A stretch of 64,000 bases of DNA from NCBI RefSeq assembly GCF_006345805.1, contig NC_043019.1, positions 17,421,360 through 17,485,359 on the forward strand, in the 5' to 3' direction. Both the position numbers and the translations under genes were made by a program. The notes under the pieces are model-generated. The model made no database searches, was not told the origin of the DNA, and saw only the letters and a list, made by a program, of their open reading frames with translations. Source of the stretch: Octopus sinensis (taxonomy: Eukaryota). Shown in pieces: positions 1 through 11,800 of the stretch. How positions within the stretch are numbered: position 1 is the first letter of the stretch; the number at the start of each line of letters is the position of its first letter.

Positions 1-1662
1 CAATCCCACTCACTAAGCAACAGCAGCCATAATCCAAAAAGAAGAACAAGTCAACATCATCGGTAACCACTGAGCCGCAGGTTTTATGTCGGAGTTATTC
101 CAGTTACCTGAGTTACCTTCTCCTAGAAGGATGCCCTAACAAAGGCTTGGAGTCCTTCACTCCCAATGGTTTAACCGCGCGATCGGGTATTCAATCCGAT
201 TATTTCTATGTCCCTGCACATAATGCAGCCATAAGACATTTATTAGATGACCGTTGACTCTCAAGATTTCCTCCATCCTTTGATGGGTTTTGTTTTTCAT
301 CTCGCAGGGTGTCCAATAAGCACCCTCCTCTCCAAGCAAGCTTGGTGGGGTTGCCGGTTTAGTCCCCAACGACCTGACCATGCCACTAGTTGTACTGGGT
401 TACATGTTACCAGCAGCACTCGAAAGTGACCTGACATAAGTCATAGTGCCTTAATATGACACACTCACCAGTTCAATTTCTACTCATTTATTTATTTATT
501 TATTTATTATTCCAGAAAGCTTTATTATTGTGGCATTTGTAATGATATCAATCAATTTTGACTCTGGTTGCTGGAAACCTAGTAGAACAAAACAATGTCC
601 GACAAAGGACAAATGAACTTACTGTTGGGTCAATGATCTTCTAACAGTAGTGTGGCCCTTTCTGGCCTGGTATAAGACCACTGGGAGTGAGGCACCTCTT
701 AACTCCCATTATTCCGATATAAAGCCTGAGGACTGTTGTTTGGGAAAGTCATAGTACACTATGCTCCATGTGTTTGTGCATGGATATCTGTTGAGACTTT
801 TGATAAACCAAATATTCATCATTTTCCTAAACAAAGAAAAATGTCATTGCTACGAATGACAAAACATTGGTGGAGTTTGGAGATAATTGTCCTTGGATTG
901 GTGTGATTGTAGCAACAGTCAAAATATGATTTGTTGGTGTCAGTGTTGCTGTTGTTTTTTGTTCATTATTTAGCAGTTGTTTGCGTCTCTTTGCTATTTG
1001 TCTGCCATTTCATCTCTGCTGAGTAGCTAAGGTGTGCTGAACACATATTGATGGTGAAACTCAGAAAGAAGCACATCAGAGGATGAAATTGTTGTTGGAG
1101 CCTGTTTCACGTGAAGTTTTCACTGGTCATGTCTTTTCAATCAACTAGGTAATATTCTAGCAAATCATGACATCAGACATAGGGATTTAATATTCCCACT
1201 ACACACACACACTATCAACCTCATATACTCAACGTATACGCTTTGTGTATTTGTTGGTAGGCTGTGATTTGGCATGATGAAAATTACTCTCAGAGCACCA
1301 GTTGTTAAAACATCTGAAAGTCATGGACAGGTGAGACAACTCACCCCAAATCCCATTCAGGAGTGATGGCCATCGATGTTTTGCCATTTTTGTGGCTTAT
1401 CTATATCATGTACCTGAACCAAATCAGAAGTGAATTGTACCACTAGCCCATGATTTATACGCATAAAGTGTGGAAGCTATGTGCTGGTATGCCTGGAAAA
1501 TGCATACGTAAGAAGAAATTCATAGATGAAATAGAAGCAGCACTAGTGTAATGAACATTATCGATCATACATACTTATCCTTCATAAACCGTGTATTTGC
1601 TGGTGGGCTGTGGTTCTGGTTGATAATGTTTATTACATTAGTGCTGTTTCTGCTTCATTTAG

Positions 1663-1840
1663 CATCTGCTTTCCATGCTGGCATGGGTTAGACAGTTTGA
1701 GTGGAACTGGTAAGCTGGTGAACTGCACCAAGTTCCAGTCTGATTTGGTATGGTTTCTATGGCTGGATGCCCTTCCTAATGCCAACCACTCCAAGAGTGT
1801 AATGGGTACTTTTTAAGTACCACCAGCACAAGTGCCTTTA
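1663..1840 (-). mobile_element. Degenerate RTE LINE 3' tail fragment
   Basis: Matches the terminal ~150 bp (GGATGCCCTTCCTAATGCCAACCACTCC...) shared by the RTE copies at 23.4, 37.0 and 57.8 kb. Confidence 0.7.
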
Positions 1841-2329
1841 TGTACCATGCTGTTGGCTAACAGAATCAATAGAGTATCAGCAAAATACTTTATGATTTTG
1901 GGCTGTGTTCTGGGTTCAAATCCTGCCAAGATAGATTTCATCTTTTCTCATTTCAGGATCAATAAATTAAATATAAGGCAAAGTAAACAAATTCCTGGGG
2001 GTCAATGTTATAGACTAAAATAACTTAAAGGTAGTATTTCAGCATGACTGCAACCCAGTATCTAAAACCAGTAAAATAATATTTTTATTTCTGGAATATT
2101 AAGTATTGCTCATAAGGCCTTCCTTTTTATGTCACGAGTCAATAAACATATCAGTTTGATAAATATACGAAGATTTGAAAATTATTATCGATTAGTTTTT
2201 AACTTTTCATTGATTTTTTAACTTTTCATTCAGTGTATACAGAGTAGGAGTTCTCAATCGTTTTCCTGCCTCTGGACCCCTTTGAGTTTTATGTTACTCT
2301 GGTGGACTCTCATAGCCATTTGATGTTCC

Positions 2330-2980
2330 ATTCTTTAGCATTCATATTTCTGTGTCAAATGTTTGACATATTCACATTGTTTTGAATTGATCATGCATTA
2401 TCTTGTAGCTTCAAGAATTCAACAGCGTGTTTGCATATTTTTATAGAATGACATTGTAGGGTAGGTGTGAGAGATTGGATCTTTTTACTCTACTCTTTTA
2501 CTTGTTTCAGTCATTTGACTGCGGCCATGCTGGAGCACCGCCTTTAGTCAAGCAAATCGACCTTGGGACTTATTCTTTGTAAGCCCAGTACTTATTCTAT
2601 CGGTCTCTCTTTTGCCGAACCGCTAAGTGACGGGGACGTAAACACACCAGCATCGGTTGTCAAGCAATGCTAGGGGGACAAACACAGACACACAAACACA
2701 GACACACAAACACACACACATACATACATATATATACATATATACGACAGGCTTCTTTCAGTTTCTGTCTACCAAATCCACTCACAAGGCATTGGTCGGC
2801 CCGGGGCTATAGCAGAAGACACTTGCCCAAGATGCCACGCAGTGGGACTGAACCCGGAATCATGTGGTTGGTTAGCAAGCTACTTACCACACAGCCACTC
2901 CTGCGATCTGGTCAGTTTTCACATAAAACAGGTAGAGTATTTGGGCTGGATATGGCCGAATTAAATGTTACGGAGTTAAA
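2330..2980 (+). mobile_element. piggyBac-type MITE (family B) split by a SINE insertion
   Basis: 2330-2482 and 2905-2980 join into a sequence collinear with the copy at 37451-37665 (CTTTAGCATTC...GTAGGGTAGGTGTGAGAG...GATCTGGTCAGTTTT); GATCT is duplicated at both SINE edges. Confidence 0.7.
2483..2904 (-). mobile_element. tRNA-derived CORE-type SINE (octopus OR-like), full length
   Basis: Head GCAGGAGTGGCTGTGTGGTAAGTAG, B box GGTTCAGTCCC, CORE-like CTTGGGCAAGTGTCTT, tail GACTGAAACAAGTAAAAGAG; many copies in window. Confidence 0.9.
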
Positions 2981-2985
2981 CATCC

Positions 2986-3372
2986 TGTGTAGCTGTGTGG
3001 TAAGAAGCTTGCTTCCCAACAACATGATTCCGGGTTCAGTCCACTGTATGATACCTTGGGCAAGTATCTTCTATAGGCTCAGGCCAACCGAAGCCTTGTG
3101 AGTGGATTTGGTAGATGGAAACTGAAAGAAGCCTTATGTATATATGTGTGTATCTGTTTGTCCTCCATCACTGCTTGACAACTGGTGTTGGTGTGTTTAT
3201 GTCCCTGTAACTTAGCGGTTTGGCAAAAGAACTGATAGAATAAGTACCAGGTAGGAAAAAATCCTGGGGTCAATTTATTCAACTTAAAATCCTTCAAGGC
3301 ACTGCTCCTACAAAATCTTTCAAGGTGCTGCTCCAGCATGGCTGCAATAAATGATTGAAACAAGTAAAAGAA
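2986..3372 (+). mobile_element. CORE-type SINE, older copy
   Basis: Same head/CORE/tail modules as 2483-2904, more diverged. Confidence 0.85.
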
Positions 3373-3503
3373 TACTTATTATTAGGAATTGTATAAAAAA
3401 ATTAGAATATTTTGTTTATTGTAGAAGTATAACGAATTTATTGTTGATAAATTTTAACAATTAAATCTTATATGGACCCTGGTTGATAACCACAGATGTA
3501 GAG

Positions 3504-3811
3504 TTGTTGTTTTGTTCCTTCTCGAGCCATACCTGGCTCATAAGGGCCAGTTTCCCGGTTTCTTGGCATATAGGTTTCCCACCTGGACGGGACGCCAGTC
3601 CGTTGCAGGTGAGCTGCAAGATGCAGGAAGAAAGAGTGAGAGAAAGTTGTGGCAAAAGAGTCAGCAGAAGTTCACCATTACCTTCTGCCGGAGCCACGTG
3701 GAGCTTTGGTGTTTTCGCTCATAAACACACACATCGCCCAGTCTGAGATTCGAACCGGCGATCCCTCAACTGCAAGTCCGCTGCTCTAACCACTAGGCCA
3801 TGTGCCTCCAC
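3504..3811 (-). mobile_element. tRNA-derived SINE with V-domain-like segment
   Basis: Minus-strand head GGCACATGGCCTAGTGGTTAGAGC...GGTTCGAATC (A/B boxes), internal ACTGGCGTCCCGTCCAGG resembling the V-SINE domain, (AAC)n tail. Confidence 0.8.
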
Positions 3812-3815
3812 TGAC

Positions 3816-3975
3816 AAATATTTGTCCTCATTTTGGGGAAATATCGAACCTGGGTTCTCATTCCTAAGGTATTTTTCGATGTTATTATTATTATTCAGGT
3901 CAATGCCCGGAATCGAACTCGGAATCTTGGTGTTAGTAGCTTGCACTCTTAACCACTACGCCATATATCCATAGG
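3816..3975 (-). mobile_element. tRNA-derived SINE (second head family)
   Basis: A box TGGCGTAGTGG and B box GAGTTCGATTCC, followed by non-tRNA body (AATAATAAT...CCTTAGGAATGAGAACCC). Confidence 0.75.
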
Positions 3976-4029
3976 CACAGATGTAGAGCTTAGCATCTGT
4001 GTGCATGTGTACATATGATGCTTAACATG

Positions 4030-4064
<35 letters not shown>

Positions 4065-4139
4065 CATAATATGTGTATATTATGCCTACCATGTGTGATT
4101 AGTGAGTGTATGGTACTTAGTGTGTGTATGTGATGCTAA

Positions 4140-4173
<34 letters not shown>

Positions 4174-4178
4174 ATATA

Positions 4179-4225
<47 letters not shown>

Positions 4226-4262
4226 GTCTGTGTGTGTATATATGTGTGTGTGTGTATATATA

Positions 4263-4307
<45 letters not shown>

Positions 4308-4455
4308 TATGTGTGTATATATATATATGATAGTTAGCAACTGGATGTGTGTCTGTGTGTGTGAATATGCTCCTTAATGTATGTATGTGATGCTTAATCT
4401 TTCTTTGTATCATTGATATTTACTTCATCTATGTGTGTGTGTGTGTGTGTGTGAT
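4030..4455. repeat. Compound (TA)n/(TG)n microsatellite
   Basis: Directly visible dinucleotide runs. Confidence 0.95.
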
Positions 4456-5693
4456 AAATTCAAGTCTATTTTTAGTTTGCTTTTTTTACAAGTCCTGTTA
4501 ATTTATATATATATATATATTTCTTTTTTTGTGAAAGCGTATATACCTTTCATTTGGAGAGAATTGATTACGCTTTTAGTGTAGAACTGTTTGTTGTTAG
4601 AACAGACAGAATTTGCTTTGGTGAAGAAGAGAAGACTTTATACTGTAAAGTCCAAACACTGTAAAATGAAATGTTTGGAGGTAGTTGGGGTCTGGAGAGG
4701 GAATTGTCTAGGGAAATCATTATGTGAAAGGACTGTGGACAGCTTGGCTATTATCATTGCGATAAGAATGGAGATGTTTGATGATATTTGATGATGTTAA
4801 TAATAGCATGTTCACATTACCAGATGAATTCAGTTCTCTTTGTTTTGCATTTCATCTTCTCACACACTTTCATTCTTTCATATCCTCTCTCTCTCTCTCT
4901 CTCTTCCATGCTACACAATCACTCTTTCACTTTCTTGAACTCATTTTCTGTTTTTCTTTATCTCTGACACTTCCTGACTTCCTCTTTTTCCCCCTTTTTT
5001 TCTCTCTCTCATATTCTTTTTTTTTGTTTTATTTTTCCCCCCTTCTTGTTCCTTCCTCTCTCCCACTCCATTTTCCCCCTATTTTTTTCCCTACCATCCT
5101 CTCTCATTCTCTTCTACACAGCACATTTCCACCCCCACCCCCCATCCAAAGAATTCACTGCACTGAACCAATTTACCGTTTCAGTGCTGAGGCTCTGATT
5201 TAGGCTGGAGATTTTCTATTCTTGTATTGTTTGTTCAGTCGATTATGAAAATATCTCACATCTTGATATTGGGATTGAAACAACATTATACCTACTAATG
5301 GATCTTACTTATCAGCTACTCAATATTTAGTTGTTGTTTAGACCCAGATCAACCCTGATACCAACAGAGCTTGGTTCAAAGAATTCTTTTGAGCCATGAC
5401 CAACCTGTCCAAAGAGCAATGTAACAAGACCACATTCCCAATGCATGCTTTTATTTCTTTTAGGACAGCATTTTCTTTTTTAGTGGGTTGGACAGTGGTC
5501 ATACTGGAGCACTGCTTTCAAGCCTTTTATTCTTTTTCTTGTTTCAGTCATTTGACTGTGGCCATGCTGGAGCACCACCTTTAGTTGAACAAACTGGCCC
5601 CAGGACTTATTCTTTGTAAGCCTAGTACTTATTCTATCAGTCTCTTTTGCTAGATGGAAATTGAAAGAAGCCCACCGTATATACATACATATA

Positions 5694-5740
<47 letters not shown>

Positions 5741-6117
5741 CAAAATTGGACAAGAATGCAAAACATCCAGACAGTTAGGTGATACAAGAAAGGGACAACA
5801 ATCATCCTGATTGACGATACAAAGAAAACAAGGATGGGTCATTTGGAGTTTTCTTTCCTCAGTCAAGTTCCAGATTATCTTTGCAATTTCAGTTGGTTGT
5901 ACTCGAGATTACTCCAATCTGGCCAGCCCCAAGGAAAAACTAAGCTAAGAGCATTAGTTTCCTTCGAAGAAAGCAGCGAATGCATAAGAAAACAAGGACG
6001 GAAAAAAATGGTGAATGCTACACAAATACAAATAACAGGACATAACAACAGGTGTCTTTCGACTAAGGACGAATTAAATTAAGCTGGTGTGTGTGGAAAT
6101 AAAGCCTTATGGCAGAC

Positions 6118-6330
6118 GCGTGTTTGTCCCCACCACCACTTGGCAACCGGTGTTGGTGTGTTTACATCCATGTAACTAAGCAGTTTGGCAAAAGGAATCA
6201 ATAGAATAAGCACCAGGCTTTAAAAATTTTTTTAAAAGTACTGGGGTCAATTCATTTGACTAAAAATTCTTCAAGGCAGTGCCCCAGCATGGGCGCAGTC
6301 TAATAACTGAAACAAGTAAAGAAGTAAAAG
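6118..6330 (+). mobile_element. CORE-type SINE 3' half
   Basis: TTTGTCCCC...GGTGTTGGTGTGTTTAC...GAAACAAGTAAA tail modules. Confidence 0.8.
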
Positions 6331-6348
6331 CATATATATATATCTATC

Positions 6349-6390
<42 letters not shown>

Positions 6391-6414
6391 TATACACACA
6401 CACACGTACACACA

Positions 6415-7118
6415 CCAGAGTAATCACATAAATGCAAAACAAGGTGGAAAAAATAGTACTCGAATACCAGAGGTAGAGTAATATCCCATTTGTTGGACAG
6501 TTTTGTTTAGAATTCTAAACCAAACTGTCCGATGAACAGGAACATGACACTCTGAGTAATAGTTTTTGTGATATTTTTGCTACTTTTTAATAAAGTATAT
6601 ATATATATATATATATTGATAGAAATAGCAAGTCAACAAAAGAATGAAAGTGACCTCGATATTATGTAAATAGAGGAATTTGTTTGTAAATATAATATGT
6701 AATAATTATTCGGTGGTGTGGGTTTCCGCCCCGACATCCAAAACTCAGAGTTTTATCGTGGCTACTGAATAATTGTCACATATTATATTTACATATATAT
6801 ATACATATATGTAAACATAATTAAAAAGGGTAATAACATAAGTTATTATTACCAGTGGCCTAGCACAAAAGACGAATTAGTCATTAGACTAATTATATTT
6901 CGTATAGAAATATAATAAAGGCTCCCAAATAAGGAAGCAAGTGCTAGAAACACAAAGATGGATAAATTCATCAAAGGAATGAAAATCAAAAACATTTACC
7001 ATTATAGATGTATTCCAGACTTATCCGTTTCTACCTCTTTCTAGCAAAACATACAGAATGTTTGCCCAGGCAAGGTTCATCAGTGGGTAGCCTTCTAAAT
7101 CCTAGATGCACAGAGCGT
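6415..7118. mobile_element. Cluster of short non-coding repeats between (TA)n runs, probable Penelope-like pseudo-LTR remnants
   Basis: Three blocks separated by (TA)n; they contain a 40-bp palindrome (6493-6532) and a hammerhead-like motif (7011-7087). Family assignment is inference. Confidence 0.45.
7011..7087 (-). ncRNA. Type I hammerhead-ribozyme-like motif
   Basis: Minus strand: CCA-CTGATGA-ACCT...AGGT-A-GAAAC-GGATAA-GTC-TGG; intact CUGAUGA/GAAA/GUC core with stems I-III. Confidence 0.55.
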
Positions 7119-7365
7119 TTTATATATATATATATATATAAATTTTTATATATATATATATAGTAAAATTAACATGAAACCCTAGTCAGTTCAATCTGAA
7201 AGGATATTACAGTGAAGACCCTGAAAAAACTAGACTGGTATTATAGTAAAGTTGCAAATGCAACAGTTACTAACCATTGTAGTGGAAACCTAAGTTGGTT
7301 AATATTAAGCTTTATTTAAATCGAAACATCATGAAATGCTACTTCATCATATTCCTTATATTTCT

Positions 7366-7780
7366 TTTTCTTTTATTCTTTTACTTGTTTCAGTCATCTG
7401 ATTGCAGCCATGCTGGAGCACCGCCTTTAGTCGAGCAAATCGACCCCAGAGCTTATTCTTTGTAAGCCTAGTACTTATTCTATCAGTCTCTTTTGTCAAA
7501 CTGCTATGTTACGGGGACATAAACACACCAGCATCGGTTATCAAGCGATGTTGGGGGTCAGACACAGACACACAAACATATACACACACATACACATCCA
7601 TATATATACACACATATACGATGGGCTTCTTCTAGTTTCTGTTTACCAAATCCACTCACAAGGCTTTGGTCGGCCTGAGGCTATAGTAGAAGATACTTGC
7701 CCGAGGTGCCACGCAGTGGGACTGAACCTAGAACCATGTGGTTGGTAAGCAAGCTACTTTACCCCACAGACACTCATGCT
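7366..7780 (-). mobile_element. CORE-type SINE, full length
   Basis: All modules of the family present. Confidence 0.9.
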
Positions 7781-7902
7781 TATATGCGACATATTTTTTA
7801 ATATTTTGATCAGACATAGCAATACAAACACATATGTATGTGTTTGTGTGTGTGTCTGATATCTGTACTTATGTAGATCATACATGCATATGCATGACCC
7901 AA

Positions 7903-8448
7903 AGGTCTCGAAATGACTAGAGATTGAGACCTTTGGAAGTATGCTGTGCGTAAGAAGACCCGGTAGGACAAGTGAGACCATAACCAGTGGCCTCTACCTG
8001 GGATGTAGCCATTCCACTTATGCATACCTTTCCCTCTTGGGACACAAAACTCTACTAGTAAAGACCTGTTGAGGCAAGTGAAAATCAAAAATCAAAATCG
8101 ATCAACATCAATGGAAATTGCAGCTGTGATACCAGTGCTGGTGGTACGTAAGAGAACCATCCGAACATGGCTGATGCCAGCGCTGCCCCAACTGGCCTCG
8201 TGCGGGTGGCACGTAAAAAGCACCATCCGATCGTGGCCATTTGCCAGCCTTGTCTGGCACCTGTGCCGGTGGCACGTAAAAAGCACCCACTACACTCATG
8301 GAGGGGTTGGTGTTGGGAAGGGCATCAAGCTGTAGAAACATTGCCAGATCAGACTGGGCCTGGTGCAGCCTTCTGGCTTCCCAGACCCCAGTTGAACCGT
8401 CCAACCCATGCTAGCACGGAAAACGGACGCTAAACGATGATGATGATG
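7903..8448 (+). mobile_element. RTE LINE 3' fragment (ORF end plus 3' UTR)
   Basis: Encodes ...EMTRD*DLWKYAVRKKTR, collinear with 22870-23540; ends AAACGATGATGATGATG. Confidence 0.9.
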
Positions 8449-8895
8449 ACCCATATATGTACTTCCACATTACCCACAGAACCATACAGCTTTGTCAAAC
8501 TACTCACAAAACGGCACTGTGTTAAACCATACATGTATATGTAGGGCTGTGCATAGATTAATATATTTATCTGCATTTGCGAATGTATACATGTATATGG
8601 ACACGAGTGTATGTGTGTGTGTGTGTTGTGTGTGTGTGAATCCAGCAAGTATAAGTAGTATAAAAGAGAGTGTGTATGTAAGGTTGCCAATTTGTATGTA
8701 TACTAGTGTTATGGTTTTATTATTTATAATCTTTCTTCTGTATTTGAGGTTGAACTGAATGCTTTGTCTCCATTGAAACGACCAGAATTGTTTGTTCTGT
8801 ATTTTGATGAGCACTTAACGTGAGCCCTGACACTCGTCTGTCGATATCAGCCTTGACTTCTCTCTGTTTTCTTAGTATTAGATCATAAGTCAAGT

Positions 8896-11800
8896 TTGCA
8901 TTCTTTCTCTCTCCTATTTCATTCAGTCATTCTCTTCTCATTCATTCATTCAGTCTCTCCTCTTTCATTCATTCAGTCTTTCCTCTTTCATTCATTCAGT
9001 CTCTCCTCTTTCATTCATTCACTCTCTTCTCTTTCATTCATTCAGTCTCTTCTCTTTCATTCATTCAGTCTCTCCTCTTTTATTCATTCACTCTCTTCTC
9101 TTTCATTCATTCAGTCTCTCCTCTTTCATTCATTCAGTCTCTCCTCTTTCATTCATTCACTCTCTTCTCTTTCATTCATTCAGTCTCTCCTCTTTCATTC
9201 ATTCAGTCTCTCCTCTTTCATTCATTCACTCTCTTCTCTTTCATTCATTCAGTCTCTTCTCTTTGATTCATTCAGTCTCTCCTCTTTTATTCATTCACTC
9301 TCTCCTCTTTCATGCATTCACTCTCTCCTATTTCATTCATTCACTCTCTTCTCTTTCATTCAGTCAGTCTCTTCTCTTTCATTCATTCAGTCTCTTCTCT
9401 TTCATTCATTCAGTCTCTCCTCTTTCATTCATTCAGTCTCTCCTCTTTCATTCATTCAGTCTCTCCTCTTTCATTCATTCACTCTCTTCTCTTTCATTCA
9501 TTCACTCTCTCCTCTTTCATTCATTCAGTCTCTCCTCTTTCATTCATTCAGTCTCTCCTCTTTTATTCATTCAGTCTCTTCTCTTTCATTCATTCACTCT
9601 CTTCTCTTTCATTCATTCAGTCTCTCTTCTTTCATTCATTCACTCTCTTCTCTTTCATTCATTCAGTCTCTTCTCTTTCATTCATTCACTCTCTCCTCTT
9701 TCATTCATTCACTCTCTTCTCTTTCATTCATTCAGTCTCTCCTCTTTCATTCATTCAGTCTCTCCTCTTTCATTCATTCAGTCTCTCCTCTTTCATTCAT
9801 TCAGTCTCTCCTCTTTCATTCATTCAGTCTCTCCTCTTTTATTCATTCAGTCTCTTCTCTTTCATTCATTCACTCTCTTCTCTTTCATTCATTCAGTCTC
9901 TCCTCTTTCATTCATTCAGTCTCTCCTCTTTTATTCATTCAGTCTCTTCTCTTTCATTCATTCACTCTCTCTTTCATTCATTCAGTCTCTCCTCTTTCAT
10001 TCATTCAGTCTCTCCTCTTTTATTCATTCAGTCTCTCCTCTTTTATTCATTCAGTCTCTCCTCTTTTATTCATTCAGTCTCTCCTCTTTTATTTACACTC
10101 TTCTCTTTCATTCATTCAGTCTCCCCTTTTATTCATTCAGTCTCTCTTTATTCATTCAGTCTTCCTCTTTTATTCATTCAGTCTCTCCTCTTTCATTCAT
10201 TCACTCTTTCTCTTTCATTCATTCAGTCTCTCTCTTTCATTCATTCAGTCTCCTCTTTCATTCATTCACTCTCTTCTCTTTCATTCATTCAGTCTCTCCT
10301 CTTTCATTCATTCAGTCCCTCTTCTTTCATTCAGTCTCTCTTCTTTCATTCATTCACTCTTCTCTTTCATTCATTCAGTCTCTCCTCTTTTATTCATTCA
10401 GTCTCTCCTCTTTTATTCATTCAGTCTCTCCTCTTTTATTCATTCAGTCTCTCCTCTTTTATTCATTCACTCTCTTCTCTTTCATTCATTCACTCTCTTC
10501 TCTTTCATTCATTCAGTCGCTCCTCTTTCATTCATTCAGTCGCTCCTCTTTCATTCATTCAGTCGCTCCTCTTTCATTCATTCAGTCTCTCTTCTTTCAT
10601 TCATTCACTCACTCTCTTCTCTTTCATTCATTCACTCTCTCCTCTTTCATTCATTCACTCTCTTCTCTTTCATTCATTCACTCTCTTCTCTTTCATTCAT
10701 TCAGTCTCTCCTCTTTCATTCATTCAATCTCTTCTCTTTCATTCATTCAGTCTCTCCTCTTTTATTCATTCAGTCTCTCCTCTTTCAGTCATTCACTCTC
10801 TCCTCTTTCATTCATTCAGTCTCTCCTCTTTCATTCATTCACTCTCTTCTCTTTCATTCATTCAGTCTCTTCTCTTTCATTCATTCAATCTCTTCTCTTT
10901 CATTCATTCAGTCTCTCCTCTTTCATTCATTCAGTCTCTCCTCTTTCATTCATTCAGTCTCTCTTTCATTCATTCACTCTCTTCTCTTTCATTCATTCAG
11001 TCTCCTCTTTCATTCATTCAGCCTCTTCTTTCATTCATTCATTCACTCACTCTCTTCTCTTTCATTCATTCACTCTCTCCTCTTTCATTCATTCACTCTC
11101 TCCTCTTTCATTCATTCACTCTTCTCTTTCATTCATTCAGCCTCTCCTCTTTCATTCATTCAGTCTCTCTTTCATTCATTCAGTCTCTCCTCTTTCATTC
11201 ATTCAGTCTCTCCTCTTTCATTCATTCAGTCTCTCCTCTTTCATTCATTCAGTCTCTCCTCTTTCATTCATTCACTCTCTTCTCTTTCATTCATTCAGTC
11301 TCTCCTCTTTTATTCATTCAGTCTCTCCTCTTTCAGTCATTCACTCTCTTCTCTTTCATTCATTCAGTCTCTCCTCTTTCAGTCATTCACTCTCTTCTCT
11401 TTCATTCATTCAGTCTCTCCTCTTTTATTCATTCAGTCTCTCCTCTTTCATTCATTCACTCTCTTCTCTTTCATTCATTCAGTCTCTCCCTTCTCTTTCA
11501 TTCATTCAGTCTCTCTTCATTATTCATTCAGTCTCTCCTCTTTCATTCATTCAGTCTCTACTCTTTCATTCATTCCTCTCTACTTTTCATTCATTCAGTC
11601 TCTCTCTTCATTCATTCAGTCTCTCTTTCATTCATTCACTCTCTTCTCTTTTATTCATTCACTCTCTCTCTTTCATTCATTCACTCTCTTCTTTCTTCAT
11701 CATTCAGTCCTTCTCTTTCATTCATTCACTCTCTTCTCTTCATTCATTCACTCTCTCTCTTTCATTCATTCACTCTCGTCTCTTTTATTCATTCAGTCTC

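Noticed and set aside
90-430. Possible RTE-type 5' UTR remnant and the 60/74-aa ORFs
   Set aside because: Only a vague resemblance; no downstream endonuclease ORF and no second copy in the window
2667-3101. Recurrent ORFs such as RQASFSFCLPNPLTR...PKMPRSGTEPG
   Set aside because: Chance readings of SINE sequence, repeated at each copy
3900-3975. tRNA gene (also heads at 3740-3811, 31066 and 35595)
   Set aside because: A/B boxes are present but the acceptor stems are not intact and non-tRNA SINE bodies follow, so these are SINE heads
4086-4413. ORFs rich in YI/HT/CV repeats (also at 21.2, 23.8, 50.9 and 61.5 kb)
   Set aside because: Translations of (TA)n/(TG)n microsatellites
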